A stretch of DNA of 16,948 nucleotides from Nitrososphaerota archaeon (GTDB lineage: Archaea; Thermoproteota; Nitrososphaeria_A; Caldarchaeales; Calditenuaceae), in the NCBI GenBank assembly GCA_038741355.1, contig JAVYLC010000029.1, forward strand, positions 1-16,948, given 5' to 3'. A model generated the notes under the pieces. It worked only from the letters and a program-made list of their open reading frames with translations. It was not told the DNA's origin and searched no databases. Below are positions 5,671 to 13,830 of the stretch, piece by piece. How positions within the stretch are numbered: the stretch's first letter is position 1; every line of letters starts with the position of its first letter. The translations under genes were made by a program, and so were the position numbers.

Positions 5671-6774
5671 TCAGGCCTCCACGCGCAGCACTACAACCGC
5701 GCCTCCATCTACAACCTCACCGTCAGGAGAGGCTACTAGACACGAATTCCACCTACCAGTTCTTAACAGGTTGACTGACTGAACCAGCCTCTGGAGCCCT
5801 GCCGCGTTTAACGGATAACCCATCCCGATACACCCGCCTGAAGGATTCACCGGCAAATGACCGTCTATGTTAAAACCGCCATCCCGTAGAGTCTTGCATA
5901 TACTCTCCCTTATGACGCCAAATGCATCCAAAGCCATCAGCTCGCTGTGGGCAAAAGGCTCGGAAATTTCTACGAAATCTACCTGCCTGAGCCTTGTCTG
6001 CTTAAAAGCAATGTCTAACGCGGCCCTAGCCCAGCCTGATTGGCCCCACGCCTTCAAGGAGAAGTCTGGCGAATAGCTGCCTGCGGCGTATCCGAAAGCC
6101 TCAACCCGCACCTTCCCAAGCTCCTTCTCCGTGGTCAGCAGGACCGCCGCAGCATAGTCGCAGGGCACTGCGACATGCCCCCTTCTCAGAGGCTCAGATA
6201 CAACCTCCGTGCTCTCAACCTCCTCGACAGATGTATTTTCAGCAAATGCCGCTGAAGGGTTTCTGAGAGCATTCCTCTTATTCTTGGCGGCGACTAGGGA
6301 AAGGTCGCGCGCCTCGCACCCAGAGTTTGTAAGATATGCACGTGCGTCCAGCGCGGCGATAGTATAGAAGTGGGGGGTGAGTGGCCTGATAACGTGTGGG
6401 TCGAAAGAGTTTAAAACAATTTCGGGGTAGTTTAGAATATTTGAGGCCTTGGCATAGGCCGTCACTAAAATGGTTCTAAAATGCCCCGTCTTCAAAAGCA
6501 TACACCCGTGTATAAATGCGTTTAAGGCGTCATTCGAGACGAGGGTGTTGAACTTCAGGCGTCCACCCACTTGGTCAGGCGTGTAAGAATCAGTAATACT
6601 CATCCCCTCATAGAAGTCCATGCCGCTAGAAACCACTCCGTCCACCTCTGCAGGTGTAATCCCGGCGTCAAAATAGGCTTTCACCGCGGCTCTGTACAGC
6701 ATCTCTCTAAAATCCATGTCGTCGTAGATAGGTCTACAAGGTATTTCACCCACACCAGCAACCCATATGTCCAT
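5671..6774 (-). CDS. Second thiolase-fold protein (paralogue), also apparently lacking the nucleophilic Cys
   Basis: FVEISEPFAHSELMALDAFGV...LPVNPSGGCIGMGYPLNAAGLQRLVQSVNLLR matches the thiolase C-terminal pattern. ATG start. There is a 4-nt gap to the next gene. Confidence 0.8.
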   Translation of the reverse strand: MDIWVAGVGEIPCRPIYDDMDFREMLYRAAVKAYFDAGITPAEVDGVVSSGMDFYEGMSITDSYTPDQVGGRLKFNTLVSNDALNAFIHGCMLLKTGHFRTILVTAYAKASNILNYPEIVLNSFDPHVIRPLTPHFYTIAALDARAYLTNSGCEARDLSLVAAKNKRNALRNPSAAFAENTSVEEVESTEVVSEPLRRGHVAVPCDYAAAVLLTTEKELGKVRVEAFGYAAGSYSPDFSLKAWGQSGWARAALDIAFKQTRLRQVDFVEISEPFAHSELMALDAFGVIRESICKTLRDGGFNIDGHLPVNPSGGCIGMGYPLNAAGLQRLVQSVNLLRTGRWNSCLVASPDGEVVDGGAVVVLRVEA

Positions 6775-6785
6775 CCCAACACCCC

Positions 6786-7925
6786 CTAGTAGGATTTTGG
6801 CAGACCCAAAACGTGTCGGCCGATGTAGCTGAGCACAAGCTCGTTGGTGACTGGTGCAGTTATGAAAAGCCTTATGACTGGATAGAATGTTATTATGTCT
6901 GTGTCTAAGTCGTAGGCGTTACCTCCAAAGGTCTGCATCGCTATCTCAAAGGCTTCCAAACCAGCTTCAGAGGCAACAAGCTTAGCCATGTTTGCCTCGG
7001 CTCCTACTTTTCCCCCACCGTCGAATAGTCTGGCCGCATTGTAGTTTAGAGACCTAGCAGCCTCTAAATGCGCCTTGGCACGCGCCATCCTAAACTGGAG
7101 ACCCTGGTAAGACCCTATCGGCTTATCGAATACCACCCTTTGCTTAGCATACTCGACAGCCCTCCTAAGTACATACTCCCCTAGACCTATACTACAAGCA
7201 GCTATCAATATCCTCTCCACATTAAGACAGTCGAAAAGATAATTAACACCTCTATCCACTTCCCCTATCAAATTCTCATCGCTCAACTCAACCCCATCAA
7301 AGTAAACAGTATACTGAGTCTCTGGGGAATATAGCTCAATGTTAAGCGCCTCGAACGATATTCCACTATTGTTTGTCTCCACAACAAACAACGATATCCC
7401 ATCCTTCTTATCCTCAACCTCCTCGTATCTTTTCGTCCTCGCCACTATCAGCAGATAGTCTGACTCGCGTGCACCTGTGATGAATGTTTTCTGCCCGTTC
7501 AAAATGTAGCCGCCGTCCCTTTTCTTCGCAAAAGTTCTTATTCGCCAAGTATTGGAGCCGGCCTCAGACTCCGTAATGCAGAAACTTATCTTTTTTCCCT
7601 GCTCACATGTAGGTCTAACAAACCTCTCGAACTGCTGTCCAGTCCCATACTTGGCGATTACTGTCCTAGAGAGATGCGTAGTCAAAAATTGGAGAACTGG
7701 TAGCCCAGCCCTCGCAAGGCCCTCCTGAACGAGCGCGGCTTCCAAGAGACCTGTGCCCGAAACTCTCTCAACACCAGCGCTTGTTAGGTTTGTCTTTAAA
7801 AGCTCTCCCCACAACATGTCAGGACTTTTCTTCTCACGGGCACAGCGCAGCCAATAATCCCGACCAACCATCGTACCTACTTTTTCAGCTGTTTTAAGAA
7901 TTAATGCCTCCTCTTCGGAGAGCAT
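6786..7925 (-). CDS. Acyl-CoA dehydrogenase (FAD-dependent)
   Basis: 379 aa. FCITESEAGSNT, GQKTFITGA, FDKPIGSYQGLQFRMARAKAHLEAARSL and FGGNAY...TNELVLSYIGRHVLGLP are all typical ACAD family blocks. Confidence 0.9.
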   Translation of the reverse strand: MLSEEEALILKTAEKVGTMVGRDYWLRCAREKKSPDMLWGELLKTNLTSAGVERVSGTGLLEAALVQEGLARAGLPVLQFLTTHLSRTVIAKYGTGQQFERFVRPTCEQGKKISFCITESEAGSNTWRIRTFAKKRDGGYILNGQKTFITGARESDYLLIVARTKRYEEVEDKKDGISLFVVETNNSGISFEALNIELYSPETQYTVYFDGVELSDENLIGEVDRGVNYLFDCLNVERILIAACSIGLGEYVLRRAVEYAKQRVVFDKPIGSYQGLQFRMARAKAHLEAARSLNYNAARLFDGGGKVGAEANMAKLVASEAGLEAFEIAMQTFGGNAYDLDTDIITFYPVIRLFITAPVTNELVLSYIGRHVLGLPKSY

Positions 7926-7943
7926 ACGACTAGAAAGGCTTAG

Positions 7944-7956
7944 AGATAATTAAACA
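7944..7956 (-). promoter_or_regulatory. TATA-like box for the acyl-CoA dehydrogenase operon (leaderless-type spacing)
   Basis: The minus strand reads TTTAATTATC, about 21-29 nt upstream of the ATG at 7925. It lies in an AT-rich 87-bp intergenic region. Confidence 0.35.
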
Positions 7957-8012
7957 TTTTAAAACAACATCGCCATTAGCAAATTCATTTTGAGGATGAA
8001 GTACATGACAAT

Positions 8013-8561
8013 CTATACGGGAGCAAATAGAGCGGTCCAGAATAGCCGTCCTTTCTCCAACAGCTGCGGCTCAAAGCCTTTCTGCCTGAGAAGAGGTATG
8101 ATTTCTGACGGTTCTGTGCCGTGTCCAAACATCCTTGAGGCTATCGGCTCATAAACCATGAGTAGGCTGTCTTGCTTAAGCTTACGTCTAACCTGACTAA
8201 GTGCCTGCTCCTTCCCCTCTATGTGGTGGAGGCTCAGCATGAAAACAGCTCTGTCGACGGAATTGTCAGGAATTCCATCCAGCTCTTCAGCTCTCGTCCT
8301 AACCGCTAGTATGTTTTTTACACCGAGTTTAGCGGCCCTCAGCTCTAGTTTCCACAGGTATTTGTCTGAAATGTCCACCGCATAAACAATTCCATTATCA
8401 CCTACTATCGATGCGGCGGGAATTGAAAGGTAACCCGTCCCACAACCTACGTCCAATAGAATATGTCCTTCCTCCAGCCTCATGACTTTTAACAGTCTGT
8501 AAGGATCATGAATCAGTCTTCTCAGACTCATATCTAGGAAAAACTCCTCAAAAACATACAC
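8013..8561 (-). CDS. Class I SAM-dependent methyltransferase (UbiE/COQ5-like fold)
   Basis: Motif I ILLDVGCGTGYLSIPAA, followed by VYAVDIS and DRAVFMLSLHH. GTG start at 8561, 5 nt after the ligase stop. An alternative ATG lies at 8531. Confidence 0.8.
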   Translation of the reverse strand: MYVFEEFFLDMSLRRLIHDPYRLLKVMRLEEGHILLDVGCGTGYLSIPAASIVGDNGIVYAVDISDKYLWKLELRAAKLGVKNILAVRTRAEELDGIPDNSVDRAVFMLSLHHIEGKEQALSQVRRKLKQDSLLMVYEPIASRMFGHGTEPSEIIPLLRQKGFEPQLLEKGRLFWTALFAPV

Positions 8562-8566
8562 CGGAA

Positions 8567-10537
8567 TTAATCACCCTGTAGCATCGGCAAGATTTTTTCG
8601 AAGTAGTCAAGCGATTCAGGATTGATCAGCGAGTCCCTGTTAATAACTTTTCTACCGTTTATTATGTTTGAAACCGCTATCTCCACCTTCTTCATGTTAA
8701 AGGTATACGGTATGTCAGGCGCCTCCAAAATAATGTCGGGGACATGTCGCGGTGAGACCCTCTCCCTCAGCTCTTTTTTAATCATATCCTTCAGCTCCTC
8801 GGTCAAAGAATACCCTGCAGCCATTTTCACGAAAAGTATTATTCTTTGGTCGCCCTTCCAGTTCTGCCCAACCGCTAGGCTATCAGCTATCTCCTTAAAT
8901 TTCTCAACCACACCGTATATCTCGGCGGTCCCAATCCTAACTCCAGACCGCTTAATCACGGCATCAGATCTGCCTAGGAAGGTAATTCCACCCGTATCGC
9001 TGTGGAATATGACGTAGTCACCATGCCTCCACACCCTCTTGTGAGTATAGAACCTGAAGTATGCGTCGAGATATTTCTCGTTGTTCGGGTCGTTAAGGAA
9101 GTAAAGTGGCATAGAAGGGGCTGGAGCCTCGCACACAAGCTCTCCTTCTCTGTCGTAGACCGGGTTACCATGTTCATCGTAACACTTTATCTTCATGCCT
9201 AAAGCTGGTGATTGGAGTTGTCCCGCATAGACTGGTAACGTCGGGCTACCTATAGCAAAGCAGCCGTTGATATCAGTGCCACCTGATATAGAGTTGAAGT
9301 GATGATCCCTCTTAACCTCCTCATATACCCACTTAAACCCATCAGCAGAGAGGGGAGAACCGGTCTGCGATATCTCTCGCAGTGTTGTGAGGTCGAAGCT
9401 TCTCCGCGGTGACGCACTAAGGCTCCTGAGATAGTTGATGTAGCTTGCACTGCATCCGAAGATTGAGACTCCATGCTCGTCGATTAGGTGCCACATTCTT
9501 CTCCAGTCAGGATAGTTTGGGTCGCCGTCGTAAAGCAGCAGTGTAGCACCTGTGGCTAGTGAAGTCATCAGCCAGTTCCACATCATCCAGCTTGTAGATG
9601 TTATGTACGTGATCGTGTCTGCCGGCTTTAGATCTGTGTGTATGACAAGCTCCTTCAAGTGATTGACAAGAATACCTGCGACAGACTGGACTAGGCATTT
9701 TGGCTTACCCGTGGTCCCCGAGGTAAACATTATGTATATGGGCGTCGAGGAAGGAACCTGCTTAAATGAGAAGCCGTCTCCAGGCTTGATGAAGTCGTTG
9801 TAAAGGATTGCATTCTCTATAGCATCTATCTTAGGGTTCTCTTCAAGATATGGGACAACAACCACACTCTTTATAGAAGGTATATTCTCAACAATTTTCT
9901 TCACCCTCTCTAAGACATTGTATCTCTTGCCCTTGTAAAAGTATCCATCCACTGTGATGAGTACTTTTGGCGAAACCTGTCCAAACCTGTCGACCACTGC
10001 CTCAACCCCTATCTCTGTGCCTGTTGATGACCAGGTCCCTCCCAGCGAGGCCGTAGCGAGCATGCCTACGCACGCCTCAACCGTGTTAGGAATGTATCCA
10101 CAGACCCTGTCACCTTCTCCAATCCCCGCCTCCTGTAAGCCTCTAGCTAACCCCACCACTTCACGGTATAGGTCGAGGTAGGAAATCCTTCTTGAGAACC
10201 CATCTTCTCTAACAGCTATGATAGCCGTTTTTCCATCTCTTACCCGGAGAAGGTTTTCAGCGAAGTTGAGCCTCGCACCGATAAACCATGAAACTCCAGG
10301 AAACTTATTCAAGTCGTCAACAACTTGGTCATAGGGCTTAGAGGCCCTGATCTCGACAAAGCTCCAGACAGCATCCCAGAATTCAGGGATATTTTTAATG
10401 GACCAGTCGTACAGCTTAAAATACGCGTATTTTTCGAGCGGGTCTATTCCCAATCCTTTCTTTCCATCGACATACTCGATGAATCGAGTCATGTTGGCCT
10501 TTTCTATTACTTCCGTTGAAGGCTCCCAAAGAAGCAA
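8567..10537 (-). CDS. Acetoacetyl-CoA synthetase-like AMP-forming acyl-CoA ligase
   Basis: 656 aa. AMP-binding motif IMFTSGTTGKPKC. The N-terminal LWEPS...MTRFIEYV...YDWSIKNIPEFWDAVWSF is typical of acetoacetate-CoA ligases. TTG start at 10537. Confidence 0.85.
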   Translation of the reverse strand: MLLWEPSTEVIEKANMTRFIEYVDGKKGLGIDPLEKYAYFKLYDWSIKNIPEFWDAVWSFVEIRASKPYDQVVDDLNKFPGVSWFIGARLNFAENLLRVRDGKTAIIAVREDGFSRRISYLDLYREVVGLARGLQEAGIGEGDRVCGYIPNTVEACVGMLATASLGGTWSSTGTEIGVEAVVDRFGQVSPKVLITVDGYFYKGKRYNVLERVKKIVENIPSIKSVVVVPYLEENPKIDAIENAILYNDFIKPGDGFSFKQVPSSTPIYIMFTSGTTGKPKCLVQSVAGILVNHLKELVIHTDLKPADTITYITSTSWMMWNWLMTSLATGATLLLYDGDPNYPDWRRMWHLIDEHGVSIFGCSASYINYLRSLSASPRRSFDLTTLREISQTGSPLSADGFKWVYEEVKRDHHFNSISGGTDINGCFAIGSPTLPVYAGQLQSPALGMKIKCYDEHGNPVYDREGELVCEAPAPSMPLYFLNDPNNEKYLDAYFRFYTHKRVWRHGDYVIFHSDTGGITFLGRSDAVIKRSGVRIGTAEIYGVVEKFKEIADSLAVGQNWKGDQRIILFVKMAAGYSLTEELKDMIKKELRERVSPRHVPDIILEAPDIPYTFNMKKVEIAVSNIINGRKVINRDSLINPESLDYFEKILPMLQGD

Positions 10538-10563
10538 GGCCTATAAAACATGTGGGGAAACTA

Positions 10564-10572
10564 TCTATAAAT
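10564..10572 (-). promoter_or_regulatory. TATA-like box upstream of the acyl-CoA ligase gene
   Basis: The minus strand reads ATTTATAGA, about 26 nt upstream of the TTG start at 10537. Confidence 0.3.
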
Positions 10573-10847
10573 AATTTTTTATATCCTTAAAGGAACCTTT
10601 TTTCTTACCAATCATTTGCATCCACCTGTTACGATTATGGACGCCATGGAAACCAAGGCATACAGTATAGTACCAGAGGTTTTGGGATAAACCACTTTAT
10701 CGCAAGAACGAGGCTGCCGAATGAAATCATAAGGCCCTACACTTCCCCTAGCCTCAGAACCGGCGCAAATGATCTCTTATAACCAGAGATGGAGGTATAG
10801 TGCTATGCGGTCTAGCCCAGCGCTGTCATGGCCCGCTTAACCGGCCA

Positions 10848-11168
10848 CTAGTCTGCAGCCATGGTGCTCTCTGCGTTAAACTCTGCGTCTGTTTTAGCCG
10901 CTCCAGTATAAACCCTATGACCCACATGATACGTGAGCTCGTCTCTGTACATGTATTTTCGGCATGTGTGGCACCAGTAGAACTCCACATCCTCAAGGCC
11001 CGAGACGCTGAGTTCAGCCAAACCGAAGAATTCACAAGGCTCTTCATCACCAAACCTTACTCGGTCATAGTTTAAGCTGCCAGGGTTTGAGCACGTCCCA
11101 ACCCCCTCAATGAGAGGGTAGGGGAGAAAGTGTATGCAGTCTCGGCATTGGAATTCCCTTCTAGTCAC
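10848..11168 (-). CDS. Small Cys-rich metal-binding protein (106 aa): N-terminal CxxC...C...C module plus a C-terminal CxxC...HxxH module
   Basis: Contains QCRDCIHFLPYP..GVGTCSNPG..EEPCEFF and YWCHTCRKYMYRDELTYHVGHRVY. GTG start. An AT-rich ATTATAGA-like box lies in the 30-nt gap upstream. Confidence 0.55.
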   Translation of the reverse strand: MTRREFQCRDCIHFLPYPLIEGVGTCSNPGSLNYDRVRFGDEEPCEFFGLAELSVSGLEDVEFYWCHTCRKYMYRDELTYHVGHRVYTGAAKTDAEFNAESTMAAD

Positions 11169-11198
11169 ATAATGCAGACGATCTATGGCTCTATAATA

Positions 11199-12269
11199 TT
11201 ATCCCATTAATGGATTTTGTCCAATATTGTTTACAGTCCTGAATTCAAAGGATGGTAGGGTCAGCTTTACGCCACACAGTTCGTCAAGCTTTCTCAAAAG
11301 ACCGGCCAGCCTCTCGTCCTTGACCAGCTGCTCCACGTTTCTAACAAGCCTCAGCGTGGTGAGGAGCTTTCGCAACACCCGCGGCCCAAACGGTGCCATC
11401 CTAAGAGACTTGTAGAGAGCCATTCTCTCCTCGACGCTGAAGGTTTTCCCATAGTTTTCCTTGAAATAGGTCTCCAACTCAATAAGAAGATGTTGTAAGC
11501 ATTTCTCCTCACTGGTATAACCGTAGAAGCAGTTGCGGCAGTTTGGTGAAAATACCTCCCTCATCGGCCCCTGTGGTCTTCTCCGGCTATATCTCACGCG
11601 GGCTATATGGTCGGCTTTTTTAAGCTTTTGCACTATCTTGTAGATGGCTGCAATGCTCAGGCCGTAGGGACGCATCTTCACATATATGTCCTCCACCGAC
11701 GCGTATATCTCCGTACAAAGGATGGACATGACTAGTTCTTCACTCCATGTGGGAATGTTTTGAAGTATATGGTCTAGGGCCTCCACGAAATGCCTACTTC
11801 CAGCCTTCACCGTCTCATCGCCAACCAGCCCCCTATCGTCAAGTATTCTCGCAAGAATCTCTCTACATTTTGCTTGGTCTAGGCCGCTTACCTCCGCAAC
11901 CATCTCGAGTGGAATATTTTCCCATCCTTTAGCGGAGGCTACGTATAATGTGGACCAGATGACTCGGGCTGTCTCATCTCTCCAGCTTTTCCTAACTATC
12001 CATAGGAAATTTCTTAGGGTTTTGGAGACCTCGTTTTTCTGGATGAGATAGGCTGTTGGGGAGGTTTTTTGTTTTTGAAGTCCAAGGGGGCGGATGAGGT
12101 TCTCCAGAATAATCTCCGCCTCAGAGCGACTTGGAAAGAGAAGGAGTCTTTCATCGAACTCCTCGATCCTGTAAAGTGGCGAATGTATGAATCGATCCTC
12201 GCTCCATGCCAGTGGGGGATGTAAGGCTAGAAGAGTCATCAATAGGTTAGCTTGGCCCTTCTCCCCCAC
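11199..12269 (-). CDS. Hypothetical protein with two winged-helix-like segments (possible transcription regulator)
   Basis: IPLEMVAEVSGLDQAKCREILARILDDRGLV and SVEDIYVKMRPYGLSIAAIYKIVQKLKKADHIARV resemble wHTH recognition units, followed by PNCRNCFYGY..EKC. GTG start at 12269, about 27 nt from a TATA-like box. An alternative ATG lies at 12239. Confidence 0.6.
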   Translation of the reverse strand: MGEKGQANLLMTLLALHPPLAWSEDRFIHSPLYRIEEFDERLLLFPSRSEAEIILENLIRPLGLQKQKTSPTAYLIQKNEVSKTLRNFLWIVRKSWRDETARVIWSTLYVASAKGWENIPLEMVAEVSGLDQAKCREILARILDDRGLVGDETVKAGSRHFVEALDHILQNIPTWSEELVMSILCTEIYASVEDIYVKMRPYGLSIAAIYKIVQKLKKADHIARVRYSRRRPQGPMREVFSPNCRNCFYGYTSEEKCLQHLLIELETYFKENYGKTFSVEERMALYKSLRMAPFGPRVLRKLLTTLRLVRNVEQLVKDERLAGLLRKLDELCGVKLTLPSFEFRTVNNIGQNPLMG

Positions 12270-12290
12270 ACTGATAAGTTATCTTAAAGG

Positions 12291-12300
12291 CCTATATATT
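12291..12300 (-). promoter_or_regulatory. TATA-like box for the 356-aa gene
   Basis: The minus strand reads AATATATAGG, centred about 27 nt upstream of the GTG at 12269. Confidence 0.3.
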
Positions 12301-12363
12301 GCTTAATGAAGCCCTATTCACATTCAATATATTGTATATTGGACTAGGTAGAATATTTGTTAG

Positions 12364-12376
12364 TGTATAATTATGC
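12364..12376 (+). promoter_or_regulatory. TATA-like box for the 2-oxoacid:ferredoxin oxidoreductase operon
   Basis: GTGTATAATTATG is centred about 30 nt upstream of the TTG start at 12402, in an AT-rich divergent intergenic region. Confidence 0.35.
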
Positions 12377-12401
12377 GGACCAATAGCGATTTTGTTGGGC
12401 C

Positions 12402-12680
12402 TTGGCGGCTCAAGCTTTGAAAATATTGCGTGAGCCAATCAACCTAGCTTTGTTCCGAAGACCGTTGGGGCGGGTCTATGTTATACCTGAGAGGTGTAAG
12501 GAGTGTAGTTTTTGCTGGAGTTTCTGCCCCATGGAGGTTCTCGAGCGGTCTGACGAGCTCAACTCTAACGGATATCGGTATCCTAAAATTAAGCCAGGGA
12601 AGGAAAACGACTGCGTCAATTGTAAGATGTGTAGCCTGATATGCCCCGAGCTAGCCATCTACACGGTTGAGGTGAGCTAG
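12402..12680 (+). CDS. 2-oxoacid:ferredoxin oxidoreductase delta subunit (2x[4Fe-4S] ferredoxin-like)
   Basis: Two CxxCxxCxxxCP motifs (CKECSFCWSFCP and CVNCKMCSLICP). It directly precedes the alpha subunit. TTG start. Confidence 0.85.
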   Translation: MAAQALKILREPINLALFRRPLGRVYVIPERCKECSFCWSFCPMEVLERSDELNSNGYRYPKIKPGKENDCVNCKMCSLICPELAIYTVEVS

Positions 12681-12684
12681 CCGT

Positions 12685-13830
12685 ATGAGCAGTGGTCTGC
12701 CGAGGCCTGGTGTCCACTTTATGATGGGAAACTTCGCGTGTGTCGAAGCAGCTATACTGGCTGGATGCCGGTTCTTCGCAGGATATCCCATCACTCCCTC
12801 CAGCGAGATTTTCGAGAGGGCTTGTGTAAGATTTCCACAGGTCGGCGGGATAGCCGTCGAGATGGAGGATGAGATGGCAAGTGTGGCCGCCCTTATCGGT
12901 GCATCTTATGCAGGGGCCAAGGCTATGACCGCTACGTCTGGCCCCGGCTTCAGCTTGATGATGGAGAACATTGGATTGGCGTTCATCATGGAGGCTCCAA
13001 TAGTGATCGTCAACGTTCAAAGGGCGGGGCCCAGCACCGGAATTCCAACCCTGATAGGGCAGGGTGATGTTATGCAGACTAGGTGGGGCTCTCACGGAGA
13101 CATCGAGACGGTCGTCTACGCTCCCAGTAGCGTCCAAGAGTTCTTCGACCTAACCATTCGTGCCTTCAATACGGCGGAAAGGCTTCGCACACCCGTCATC
13201 GTGCTGGCCGACCAGCTGGTAGGCCTGATGTGGGAGAAAGTAGTCATTCCCTCCGCAGAGGAAGTGGAGGTTGTGGAGAGGAAAACTATGGATGCGCGGC
13301 TCCTCTCCAGTAGGCCGCCATTCGACTACTCTGCAGATGTAAACCCGATGCCTATAGTGGGGATGGGCTGCAGGGTAAACATTGACAGTCTCACCCACGA
13401 TGAGAGGGGCTATCCAACCACATCCCAGGAGATCTCTGAAAAAATGTTACGATATCTGCTTGGCAAGATCAGGAATCATGCCCGTGAGCTGTGGCTGTAT
13501 AAGGAGTTCATGACCGATGATGCCGAGGTAGTCGTGGTTGCCTACGGGTCTACGGCTAGGTCGTCATTGAATGCTGTTAAGCAGGCCCGCTCACGGGGGA
13601 TTAAGGCTGGACTGCTTCAGCTCATCACCCTATGGCCCTTCCCGAGCGATGTGATTGAGAGGCTGAGCCAGCGCGTCAACGCCCTAGTAGTCCCTGAGAT
13701 AAACTTCGGCCAGCTTGTACACCCAGTCAGAGAATACGCCAAATGCCCAGTCCTAGAAGTTAACTGGGCTCCAGGCAGCCTGATAGAGCCGATCGTCATC
13801 TTAGACGCTGTGGAGGTGGCTGCGGCGTGA
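12685..13830 (+). CDS. 2-oxoacid:ferredoxin oxidoreductase alpha subunit
   Basis: GNFACVEAAILAGCRFFAGYPITPSSEI and TATSGPGFSLMMENIGLA are hallmark blocks. GAGGTGA SD-like sequence upstream. The delta-alpha-beta-gamma order and subunit sizes resemble Kor-type enzymes, but substrate cannot be read from sequence. Confidence 0.9.
   Translation: MSSGLPRPGVHFMMGNFACVEAAILAGCRFFAGYPITPSSEIFERACVRFPQVGGIAVEMEDEMASVAALIGASYAGAKAMTATSGPGFSLMMENIGLAFIMEAPIVIVNVQRAGPSTGIPTLIGQGDVMQTRWGSHGDIETVVYAPSSVQEFFDLTIRAFNTAERLRTPVIVLADQLVGLMWEKVVIPSAEEVEVVERKTMDARLLSSRPPFDYSADVNPMPIVGMGCRVNIDSLTHDERGYPTTSQEISEKMLRYLLGKIRNHARELWLYKEFMTDDAEVVVVAYGSTARSSLNAVKQARSRGIKAGLLQLITLWPFPSDVIERLSQRVNALVVPEINFGQLVHPVREYAKCPVLEVNWAPGSLIEPIVILDAVEVAAA

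Noticed and set aside
10538-10847. 310-bp intergenic gap between the Cys-rich gene and the CoA-ligase gene, scanned for an RNA gene or repeat
   Set aside because: It contains only short hairpins (ATCTCT/AGAGAT at 10772-10790, TGGCC/GGCCA at 10828-10846) and promoter-like AT-rich DNA. It has no GC enrichment, no box motifs and no repeats. I treat it as ordinary promoter/terminator space.
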